Shown piece after piece: positions 1 to 7,604 of a DNA stretch of 64,000 nucleotides. The DNA comes from Candidatus Oxydemutator sp. (GTDB lineage Bacteria > Pseudomonadota > Gammaproteobacteria > Poriferisulfidales > Oxydemutatoraceae): contig OZ241883.1 of assembly GCA_965203445.1 (NCBI GenBank), positions 2,272,001 through 2,336,000 on the forward strand. The letters are read 5' to 3'. The notes under the pieces were generated by a model, which was not told the DNA's origin, did not search any database, and saw nothing but the letters and a program-made list of their open reading frames with translations. Position numbers and translations under genes: made by a program. How positions within the stretch are numbered: the first letter of the stretch is position 1; the number at the start of each line of letters is the position of its first letter.

Positions 1-2
1 GG

Positions 3-347
3 CGCGTTACTTCGATGCTCGAAGCCGAGGGCCTCGACTACGCCATCGAGTGGCGGCTCTCGGGGCAACCGTTCCTGACGCCGGCGGCGCCCGGGCCGGA
101 CGGCGCGACGAGCCTGCTTGCGGCGGCGCGCGCCGCGGTGCGCGAGGTGGCCGGACGCGAACCGCGCCTGTCCACCGGCGGCGGCACGTCGGACGCGCGC
201 TTCATCGCGCCGCACGGTATCCAGACGATAGAGCTCGGCGTCGTCAACGCGAGTATCCACCAGACCGACGAGCACGTGCGCGTCGGCGATCTCGAACTGC
301 TGACGGAAATCTACCTGCGCCTGACCGCCAAGCTACTGCTTCATTGA
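3..347 (+). CDS. dapE: Succinyl-diaminopimelate desuccinylase, C-terminal part (5' truncated by window)
   Basis: Motifs SGQPFLT, STGGGTSDARFIA, ELGVVNASIHQTDE of the DapE C-terminus. Confidence 0.92.
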   Translation, partial: RVTSMLEAEGLDYAIEWRLSGQPFLTPAAPGPDGATSLLAAARAAVREVAGREPRLSTGGGTSDARFIAPHGIQTIELGVVNASIHQTDEHVRVGDLELLTEIYLRLTAKLLLH

Positions 348-1100
348 GGCGGCGAACTCGCACAGATGCTCCTTGCCCGAGGCCTCGAGCACGGCGCGCA
401 AGCCGGCGACGTGCCGCGCGCAGGCGTCGGCGGAAAGGTGCCCGCGCATCCGCTGGAAGCGCAGATAAACCAGATAGGTGTTGAGCACGTCGGTCTCGCA
501 GTAGTCGCGTATGCGCTGGAGTTCGCCGGCGCGGAACAAGTCCGCCACCTGAGCGCCGTCGACCCCCTGCTTGCCGGGTGCGCCGATCAATCTGGCGACG
601 CCGTCGAGCGGCGCCACCGCGTGGAAGTCGTACAACGACAGCACGTCCATCAGATCGAGGTGGCGCGCGTGATAGCGATTCAGATAGTTGTTGTAGCGAA
701 ACTCGCGGTCGTCCTCGCCGGTATCCCAATAGCGCGGCGCGGCGACGCCGTGCAGCAGCGAACGGTAGTGTATGACCGGCATGTCGAAATGCGCGCCGTT
801 CCAACTGACCAACTGCGGCGTGTATTTCTCGATGCCGTGAAAGAAACGTTCGAGCATCTCGGCCTCGCCGCCGTCGAGCGACCACAGTTGCGGCTCGTCG
901 CCGGACGACGACAGCAGCAGCGAGACCGCGACCACGCGGTGCAGATAATGCGGCAGAAAGGTTCTGCCGTTTTTTTGGAACTGGATCTGCTCGAGCGCGC
1001 GCACCACGTCCTCGTCGGGCAGGTCGTCGCCCAGATCGAACATGCGCCGCCCGGCGTCGGCGTCGGGCACCGTCTCGATGTCGAACACCAGCACTCTCAC
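333..1100 (-). CDS. 3'-5' exonuclease (PolB exonuclease-like family)
   Basis: VLVFDIETVPD, LVSWNGAHFDMPV, YCETDVLNTY DEDDy motifs; GTG start overlaps the cysM stop (GTGA). Confidence 0.85.
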   Translation of the reverse strand: MRVLVFDIETVPDADAGRRMFDLGDDLPDEDVVRALEQIQFQKNGRTFLPHYLHRVVAVSLLLSSSGDEPQLWSLDGGEAEMLERFFHGIEKYTPQLVSWNGAHFDMPVIHYRSLLHGVAAPRYWDTGEDDREFRYNNYLNRYHARHLDLMDVLSLYDFHAVAPLDGVARLIGAPGKQGVDGAQVADLFRAGELQRIRDYCETDVLNTYLVYLRFQRMRGHLSADACARHVAGLRAVLEASGKEHLCEFAASMKQ

Positions 1101-1993
1101 GACGGAAACACCCCGGTCGAGATATAGCGGTCGCCGCGATCGCAGACGATCGCGACGACGGTGCGCGCGGGCGCCTCGCGCGCGACGCGCAGCGCCGCGT
1201 GCACGCAACCGCCCGACGAGACGCCGCAGAATATGCCTTCCTCGCGCGCCATGCGGCGCATCGTCCGCTCGGCGTCCTCGCGCGAGACTTCCAAAGTGCG
1301 GTGGACGCACGAGGCGTCGTATATCTTCGGCAGATACGCGGGCGGCCACGCGCGGATGCCGGGGATCTTCGAGCCTTCCGCCGGCTGCACGCCGACGATC
1401 TCCACCTCGGAATTCTTCTCCTTCAGAAAACGCGATACGCCGACGACGGTGCCGGTGGTGCCCATCGAACTGACGAAGTGCGTCAACTCGCCGTCGGTGG
1501 CGCGCCAGATCTCGGGCCCGGTGCCGTGATAGTGCGCGGCCGGGTTGTCGGGGTTTGCGAACTGGTCGAGCACGCGCCCCTTGCCGGCGGCGGCCATCTC
1601 GGCCGCCAGGTCGCGCGCGCCTTCCATGCCGGCCTGCTCCGACACCAGGACGATCTCGGCGCCGTAGGCCTTCATGCAGGCGCGCCGCTCCTCGCTCATG
1701 TTCTCCGGCATGATCAGAATCATACGATATCCCTTGATCGCGGCGGCCATCGCCAGCGCGATGCCGGTGTTGCCGCTGGTGGCCTCGATCAGTACGTCGC
1801 CGGGAGCGACGTCGCCTCTGCCCTCGGCGGCCGCGATCATCTGCAAGGCCGGGCGATCCTTGACCGAACCGGCCGGGTTGTCGCCTTCGAGCTTGACCAG
1901 CACCTCGCCGTCGGCGTCGGCGGCGATGCGCTGCAAGCGCACCAGCGGCGTATTGCCGACGCAGTCGGCTATGGTCGGGTAATCACGCATCAC
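1097..1993 (-). CDS. cysM: Cysteine synthase B
   Basis: GNTPLVRL, KLEGDNPAGSVKDR, EATSGNTG, CDRGDRY. Confidence 0.95.
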   Translation of the reverse strand: MMRDYPTIADCVGNTPLVRLQRIAADADGEVLVKLEGDNPAGSVKDRPALQMIAAAEGRGDVAPGDVLIEATSGNTGIALAMAAAIKGYRMILIMPENMSEERRACMKAYGAEIVLVSEQAGMEGARDLAAEMAAAGKGRVLDQFANPDNPAAHYHGTGPEIWRATDGELTHFVSSMGTTGTVVGVSRFLKEKNSEVEIVGVQPAEGSKIPGIRAWPPAYLPKIYDASCVHRTLEVSREDAERTMRRMAREEGIFCGVSSGGCVHAALRVAREAPARTVVAIVCDRGDRYISTGVFPS

Positions 1994-2045
1994 GAAGAAT
2001 TATATAGGAGAGTCGGCGGGCGCTTCAGGGCCGCCACCGAGACTC

Positions 2046-2408
2046 TCAGTCGTCGCGCAGCGCGGTGGCCTGGGCCACCGCGTAGCGCTTCTCGGCGGAG
2101 ACGCTGACGAGCACGCGGCGGCGTTCAAAACCGCAGGGCAACACCGCGTACGGACAACCGGCGCCGTCGCGTCCGACGAAGATGTTCGCCGGGTACAGGC
2201 CACGCGCAAAACCGCGGCCGAGGGCCTTGGCAACGGCCTCCTTCAAGGCCCACTGCCGCGCGAGAAAGGCGCCCGGGTCGCGCTGTCCGGCATAGAGCAC
2301 GCGCTCGCGCCGGTGCAGGACTCTTGCGGGAAAGCGCGACGGGTGCCGCCGCAGCGCGCGTCGCACCCGCTCGATGTCGACGACGTCTATGCCGACGCCG
2401 CAGATCAC
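2046..2408 (-). CDS. acpS: Holo-ACP synthase
   Basis: GVGIDVVDIER, WALKEAVAKALG; downstream of pdxJ. Confidence 0.9.
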   Translation of the reverse strand: MICGVGIDVVDIERVRRALRRHPSRFPARVLHRRERVLYAGQRDPGAFLARQWALKEAVAKALGRGFARGLYPANIFVGRDGAGCPYAVLPCGFERRRVLVSVSAEKRYAVAQATALRDD

Positions 2409-3133
2409 GGCGCCGCCATGGCCGCGCGCATACGGCGCACCGCTCCCGCCAATCCATGGAAGACCGCGTCGGCAATAATCGAGTGGCCGACGTTGAGTTC
2501 GGCGATCACCGGCACCGCGGCGACCGCGGCCACGTTGCCCAGGTGCAGGCCGTGCCCGGCGTTGACCTGCAGGCCGACGTGCGCGGCGCGCGCCGCGGCG
2601 TCCTCGATACGGCGCAACTGGCGCCGTCGCTCGGCGCCGTCGGCCAGCGCGTATTCGCCGGTATGCAGCTCGACTATCGCCGCACCCAACTTGGCGCAGC
2701 GTTCGACGACCGCGACCTCCGGCTCGACGAACAACGACACACGGATGCCGGCCTCACCCAGCGCCGCGCAGGCCTCGCCGACGCGCGCCGCGTGGGCGGC
2801 GACGTCGAGTCCGCCCTCGGTCGTCAGTTCCTCGCGCTTCTCCGGCACCAGGCAGCAGTAATCGGGCTGCACGTCGAGCGCGATCGCTATCATCTCCGCG
2901 GTCGCCGCCATCTCCAGATTCAGATGGGTCGTGATCTTCTCGCGCGCCGCGTGGACGTCGGCGTCCTGCACGTGGCGACGGTCCTCGCGCAGGTGCATCG
3001 TGATGCCGTCGGCGCCGGCCGCCTCGACGATCTCGATGGCGCGCGCAAAATCGGGGTACGGCGTGCGCCGCACCTGGCGCAGCGTCGCGACGTGATCCAC
3101 GTTGACGCCGAGGCGGGTGTCGTTCGCGCTCAC
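2405..3133 (-). CDS. pdxJ: Pyridoxine 5'-phosphate synthase
   Basis: LGVNVDHVATLRQ, HLREDRRH, VPEKREELTTEGGLD; GTG start overlapping the recO stop. Confidence 0.95.
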   Translation of the reverse strand: MSANDTRLGVNVDHVATLRQVRRTPYPDFARAIEIVEAAGADGITMHLREDRRHVQDADVHAAREKITTHLNLEMAATAEMIAIALDVQPDYCCLVPEKREELTTEGGLDVAAHAARVGEACAALGEAGIRVSLFVEPEVAVVERCAKLGAAIVELHTGEYALADGAERRRQLRRIEDAAARAAHVGLQVNAGHGLHLGNVAAVAAVPVIAELNVGHSIIADAVFHGLAGAVRRMRAAMAAP

Positions 3134-3864
3134 GTCAGCCGCTGCAAATAATCGAAAATCTGCCGCGCCCGCAACACGCGCCCGCGCAGGTGGTAGTCTA
3201 TGACCGCGCGCAGCAGACGTTTGCTCTCCGGCAGGACCGCGGGCGCCCAGGTGCGTGGTTCGTCGCGCAACGCCAGCAGCGTCGCGCCTCGGCACACCGG
3301 CAAGGCGCGCGCCGCGTCGTCGTCGGCGCCCGTGGCCAGCGCCGGCCCGCGCCCCGGATAGTAACGGTAGTCGGCGTCGGCCGCGACCGGGCGCATGTCG
3401 CAATCGTGCTCCAGTTGCAGGCCGTTGCCGACCAAGTCGAGCAGGCGCAGCTCGAAATGGCGCAGCACGCGCTCGACACCGGCGCCCGCGCGGTTCGCCG
3501 GCGCCGCCAGCAAGTACAGGCATTGTCGGTACAACTCGAACAACCGGCGCGACGGACTCGCCGGCGGCGTCAACCTTACGACCAGCTCGTTGACGTACAT
3601 GCCGACCATGCGCCGGCGGGTATCGCCGAGCAGACCGACGCCGCGCGGCTCGAAGTGGCGCAGGTTGAGCAGGCTGCCGCGCCCGCTGCACGCGAGGCGC
3701 GCCGGGATGAATGGTTGCAGCGTCTTGCCGAGCAGCTTCGACGACTGGCGCGCGACGACCGTGATGCGTCCGTGGCCGGGCGTCAGAAACTGCACCAGAC
3801 TGGCGTCGTCGCGGTACGGGCGTTTGTGGATGACGAACGCCGGTTCGCCCTCGAACACGAGCAT
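3130..3864 (-). CDS. recO: DNA repair protein RecO
   Basis: AFVIHKRPYRDDAS, LQPF, YVNEL, LRHFELRLL; between era and pdxJ. Confidence 0.9.
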   Translation of the reverse strand: MLVFEGEPAFVIHKRPYRDDASLVQFLTPGHGRITVVARQSSKLLGKTLQPFIPARLACSGRGSLLNLRHFEPRGVGLLGDTRRRMVGMYVNELVVRLTPPASPSRRLFELYRQCLYLLAAPANRAGAGVERVLRHFELRLLDLVGNGLQLEHDCDMRPVAADADYRYYPGRGPALATGADDDAARALPVCRGATLLALRDEPRTWAPAVLPESKRLLRAVIDYHLRGRVLRARQIFDYLQRLT

Positions 3865-3868
3865 CGCC

Positions 3869-4765
3869 CTACTCCAGGTAGCCGCGCGCCACGGCCGGGT
3901 CGTCGCGCCAGCGCGGCTTGACGCGCACCGACAATTTCAGGAACACGCGCCTGCCGAAGGCGCGCTCGAGCGCCTTGCGCGCGGCCGTGCCGATCAACCC
4001 CAGACGCGCGCCGCCGGCGCCGACGACGATACCGCGCCGCCCCGGTTTGTCCACGTAAAGCACGGCCGCTATGCGCAGCAGCGACGCGCGCTCGTCGAAC
4101 GACTCGATCTCGACGTGGACGCTGTACGGAATCTCCTGGTGCAGCATCTGCATGACCTTCTCGCGGATCAATTCGGCGGCGACGAAGCACGGCGCGCGAT
4201 CGCTGGTCTGCTCCGGCGGAAACAGGAAGTCCGCCTCGGGCAGGGACTGGGCGATCTCGTTCTGCAAACGGCGAACACCCGCGCCGGTGCGCGCCGACAC
4301 CGGAACGACGCGCCTAAGGCCGTAGTCGGCGGAAAGCTTCTCGATGGCCGGCAGCAGCCGCTGCTTGTCCCTCAGAAGGTCCACCTTGTTGAACGCCAAC
4401 AGGCAGTCTTTGCCGGCTTTCCTGGCCAGCGCGAATACCGCCTCGTCGGCGGCGCCCCATTGCGGCGCGGGCGTCACCAGCACCACTAGATCCACCGCGG
4501 CGACCGCGTTCGCCGCGTTCTTGTTGAGCACGCGCGACAGGAAACCGCGGCGCCCGCGGCACAGTCCCGGCGTATCCACGAAAATGGTCTGGCTGGCGCG
4601 ATCCGTGACGATGCCGCGCACGTTGTAGCGCGTCGTCTGTGGCTTGTGCGTGACCGACGACAGGCGGCGCCCGACCAGGCGGTTGAACAGCGTGGATTTG
4701 CCGGCGTTCGGCCTGCCGGCGAGCGCCACCGTGCCACAGCGCGTCGGCGTGCGCGCCTCAGACAT
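3869..4765 (-). CDS. era: GTPase Era
   Basis: GRPNAGKSTL, KPQTTR, DTPG, NKVD, KH domain. Confidence 0.95.
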   Translation of the reverse strand: MSEARTPTRCGTVALAGRPNAGKSTLFNRLVGRRLSSVTHKPQTTRYNVRGIVTDRASQTIFVDTPGLCRGRRGFLSRVLNKNAANAVAAVDLVVLVTPAPQWGAADEAVFALARKAGKDCLLAFNKVDLLRDKQRLLPAIEKLSADYGLRRVVPVSARTGAGVRRLQNEIAQSLPEADFLFPPEQTSDRAPCFVAAELIREKVMQMLHQEIPYSVHVEIESFDERASLLRIAAVLYVDKPGRRGIVVGAGGARLGLIGTAARKALERAFGRRVFLKLSVRVKPRWRDDPAVARGYLE

Positions 4766-5429
4766 TGGCCACGGCCTCGGTGATGCTTTGCAGCGCGGAT
4801 TCGGCGGCGCGTTGCTCGGCCTTGCGCTTCGACGCGCCGCTGCCGCAAGCCTCGAGGCGCAGATCGGAAACCCTGCACGCGACCTCGAAAAACTTCTGGC
4901 CGTCGCGTCTGTGCTCGCACAGCACCTCGTAGATCGGCAATCCGGCGCCGCGCGCCTGCGTGTATTCTTGCAACCTGCTCTTGGCGTCCTTCAGATCATC
5001 ACCGGAAAGCGACGCCAGCGGGCCGGCGAAAAGCGCGCCGACAAAGTCGCGCGCCGCCGCCAAACCGCGTTCCAGATAGAGCGCGCCGATGACGGCTTCG
5101 AGGGCGTCGGCGAGTATCGAGTCGCGCACGCCGTCGCCTTTGTCCTCGCCAGGCCCCAGCACCAGGAACTCGCCCAAGGCGACCGCACGCGCCAATTCGG
5201 ACAAGGTCTCGCCGCGCACCAGGCGCGCACGCAACTTGCTCAAGACGCCCTCATCGGCGTCGGCGAAGCGCGCGTAAAGCAGCTCGGTTACGACCAACTG
5301 CAACACCGCGTCGCCCAGAAACTCGAGACGCTCGTTGTGCGCCGCGCCGGCGCTTCTGTGGGTGACGGCCGCGCGGGACAGCGGCCGTTTCAGAAAATCC
5401 GGATCGAGCAGGTCTGATAGTTTCGGCAT
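4758..5429 (-). CDS. rnc: Ribonuclease III
   Basis: HNERLEFLGDAVL signature, dsRBD DAKSRLQE. Confidence 0.97.
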   Translation of the reverse strand: MPKLSDLLDPDFLKRPLSRAAVTHRSAGAAHNERLEFLGDAVLQLVVTELLYARFADADEGVLSKLRARLVRGETLSELARAVALGEFLVLGPGEDKGDGVRDSILADALEAVIGALYLERGLAAARDFVGALFAGPLASLSGDDLKDAKSRLQEYTQARGAGLPIYEVLCEHRRDGQKFFEVACRVSDLRLEACGSGASKRKAEQRAAESALQSITEAVANV

Positions 5430-5438
5430 ATCGGCGCG

Positions 5439-6203
5439 TTAGCGAACGACTTCGCCGATCCTCGAGAAATCAAAGTGTCCGGCCGCGTAGTCCCAGTGCA
5501 TCCAGACAAAAAAAGCCTTGCCGACGAGGTTGGCTTCGGGCACGAATCCCCAGGCGCGGCTGTCGTTGCTGTTGTCGCGGTTGTCGCCCATGACGAAGTA
5601 GTGGCCGGGTGGCACGCGCCACTGGCGCGGCGGCTGAGTCACCGCCGGCGCCAGCAGCACGTCGTGCTCGGCGCCGGGCAGCGCCTCGGTTTTGCGCCGC
5701 AATTCGATCAGGTGCGACGACGGCGCCGCGGGCGCGACGCTCTCGTGCTGTGCAATCTCGCGGCCGTTGATATAGAGCCGCTTGTCGCGGTACACGAGGT
5801 GATCGCCGGGGGTGCCGATGACGCGCTTGATGTAGTCCTGCGATGCATCGTGCGGATAACGGAAAACGACGACGTCGCCGGTGCGCGGCGCGCCTGCCGG
5901 GATCAATTCGTCGTGCAGGACCGGCAGTCTCAGACCGTAGGTGTACTTGTTGACCAGGATGAAGTCGCCGATTTGCAGCGTCGGCAGCATCGAACCGGAC
6001 GGGATGCGGAAAGGTTCGACGACGAAGCTGCGCAACAGCAGGACGATCAGCAGCACCGGGAAAAACGAGCGTGCCCCGTCCACGATCCAGGCGCCGCGCG
6101 AGGCGCCACGCGCGCGCGCCGGAAACGGCAGGCGCGCGGCCAGCACGACAAGCCCGGTGAGCAGCGTCGCCAACGTCAGGAAAAATTCAAGGTCGAAATG
6201 CAT
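5439..6203 (-). CDS. lepB: Signal peptidase I
   Basis: EPFRIPSGSMLPTL, DYIKRVIG, GDNRDNSNDSR; ATG at 6203 chosen. Confidence 0.95.
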   Translation of the reverse strand: MHFDLEFFLTLATLLTGLVVLAARLPFPARARGASRGAWIVDGARSFFPVLLIVLLLRSFVVEPFRIPSGSMLPTLQIGDFILVNKYTYGLRLPVLHDELIPAGAPRTGDVVVFRYPHDASQDYIKRVIGTPGDHLVYRDKRLYINGREIAQHESVAPAAPSSHLIELRRKTEALPGAEHDVLLAPAVTQPPRQWRVPPGHYFVMGDNRDNSNDSRAWGFVPEANLVGKAFFVWMHWDYAAGHFDFSRIGEVVR

Positions 6204-6225
6204 GTGAAACCAGGAACGACGGGGG

Positions 6226-6260
6226 ATAAAACGCGCCCGCAAAAGAAACGCCGCGGGCGT
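6226..6260 (-). terminator. Putative intrinsic terminator after 5S rRNA
   Basis: CGCCCGC...GCGGGCG stem followed by TTTT on the minus strand. Confidence 0.45.
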
Positions 6261-6280
6261 CAAACACGCGCGCATAAAAC

Positions 6281-6398
6281 GCCTGGCGGTGTCCTACTCT
6301 CACACGGGGAGGCCCCGCACTACCATCGGCGATGTGCCGTTTCACTTCCGAGTTCGGAATGGGATCGGGTGGTACCAGCACTCTATGGCCGCCAGGCA
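6281..6398 (-). rRNA. rrf: 5S ribosomal RNA (stand-alone)
   Basis: Minus strand TGCCTGGCGGCCATAG...CCCGATCCCATTCCGAACTCGGAAGTGAAAC...GATGGTAGTG...GAGAGTAGGACACCGCCAGGC. Confidence 0.97.
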
Positions 6399-6544
6399 AA
6401 CCGGTTGTCGCGCGCTTCAATGCGTGGTGGCAATCAGATAATCCAGAAAACCCAGTATCGAGAAAAAGATGAGCGGCGAGATCATGTTCTCCGGAGGCGC
6501 TTTCGTCATCGCAATTCTCGTTTCTGGTTGATCGGTAACCGCCG

Positions 6545-6572
6545 ATTATAGCGCATCAAAAAAACATCGCAA
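6545..6572 (-). promoter_or_regulatory. Sigma70 promoter for the 5S rRNA
   Basis: TTGCGA-N16-TATAAT followed by a GC-rich discriminator (CGGCGG). Confidence 0.65.
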
Positions 6573-6589
6573 AACGGGATGTATGGGCT

Positions 6590-6811
6590 TGTCAAACCGA
6601 AGCACAAATGTCCTATTGTTTCCAAAGCGCAGATGTCCTGTTGTTGGCAGGGCTTAGCGCTTTCATGGTCTCCCCGCCAGCGTCTCCACGGGTGATCCGG
6701 CGCCGGTCTGTGGCCTGAACCGCAGCGCCGCCTGGTTGTCGCCTTATCCACTACAGATGGCAATTGTTTTGCGTCCACTGGCGCCGCCGGTGCCTCGCCC
6801 AGGCGATGCAC
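6590..6811 (-). mobile_element. ISNCY/IS1202-like transposon right-end remnant
   Basis: Residual ORF with a GHRPAPDHPWRR C-terminal motif; end ...TTTGACA preceded by two copies of AGGACATyTGyGCTT. Confidence 0.6.
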
Positions 6812-7172
6812 CTAGTAGGCAGTTCGCGCGTGTTTCAGTTGTTGAGGGATTGGCTATACTGGTGATGCTACGGGAAAGCGATCGCCCTTCGATCCGAGGA
6901 GAAGTTTCAGTTGTTGAGGGACTGGCTATACTGGTGATGCTGCTATCTGCGGGCGCGCGGGCACGGGCAGATCGGGTTTCAGTTGTTGAGGGATTGGCTA
7001 TACTGGTGATGCGCCGCCGCGCGCGAGACCGACGCCGAGGATACCGCATGTTTCAGTTGTTGAGGGATTGGCTATACTGGTGATGCCGAGGGGTACGCGG
7101 GGTAGGCGCTTGCGGACGGGCAGGGTTGTGATACACTTCGCCCGTCACTCTTTGGGATTGGTTATACTGGTT

Positions 7173-7274
7173 TGAGGGCGGTGACGCCATCTTCTGCGGG
7201 TGGCGGAACCGATGGCAGAAGATGTGCAAGCGTCAGGAGACCGTCCTCCTCCTGCAATTTAGTAGCCGCCCTCA
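7173..7274. ncRNA. Putative multibranch structured RNA inside the array insert
   Basis: Stems TGAGGGCGG/CCGCCCTCA, CATCTTCTGC/GCAGAAGATG, CAGGAG/CTCCTG; TATACT box at 7163-7168 just upstream on +. Confidence 0.45.
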
Positions 7275-7604
7275 TTCCTTTTGTTTCGCCCTTTTTCTTT
7301 GGTACAGCAGAATCCCGACGCGGCGCCTGTCAATGTATTCCCACTTCGCGCGCAGCACGGTCACAAACACCGAGCCGTCCTCGTGCTCCTGCGCGACCCC
7401 GAGAATGGGACGCGCCTTGTCCTCGCCTCGGAACACCTTGATATAGTGCCTGCGGTATTCGCCTGGCCACGAATACCAGGCCAGCCACTCCTCGTCGGCA
7501 TCCTTCAGCGTCGGTAAATAGAAGTTTGCGTATCGCTCGCGCCAAGTGCGCCTCCCCTTTTTGCCGACGACGACGTGGGTTGCGCCCCCCCAGCCGAATC
7601 TCAC
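7272..7604 (-). CDS. PBECR2-like nuclease domain (MuF C-terminal toxin-like), probably an N-truncated fragment inside the array
   Basis: RERY..YLPTLKDADEEW...YRRHYIKVF...YIDRRRVGILLYQR pattern; the frame stays open up to the repeat at 7636. Confidence 0.6.
   Translation of the reverse strand: MRFGWGGATHVVVGKKGRRTWRERYANFYLPTLKDADEEWLAWYSWPGEYRRHYIKVFRGEDKARPILGVAQEHEDGSVFVTVLRAKWEYIDRRRVGILLYQRKRAKQKE

Noticed and set aside
4758-5429. rnc close to the type II locus as a dedicated CRISPR RNase III
   Set aside because: It sits in the conserved lepB-rnc-era-recO operon; the proximity is probably incidental
5439-6420. ORF 6187-6420 and the lepB extension to 6275
   Set aside because: They overlap the 5S rRNA and its terminator
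6750-6831. Degenerate terminal repeat/scaRNA at the distal array end
   Set aside because: Only short matches (GGCGATGC) at the wrong spacing; the region is better explained as an IS remnant
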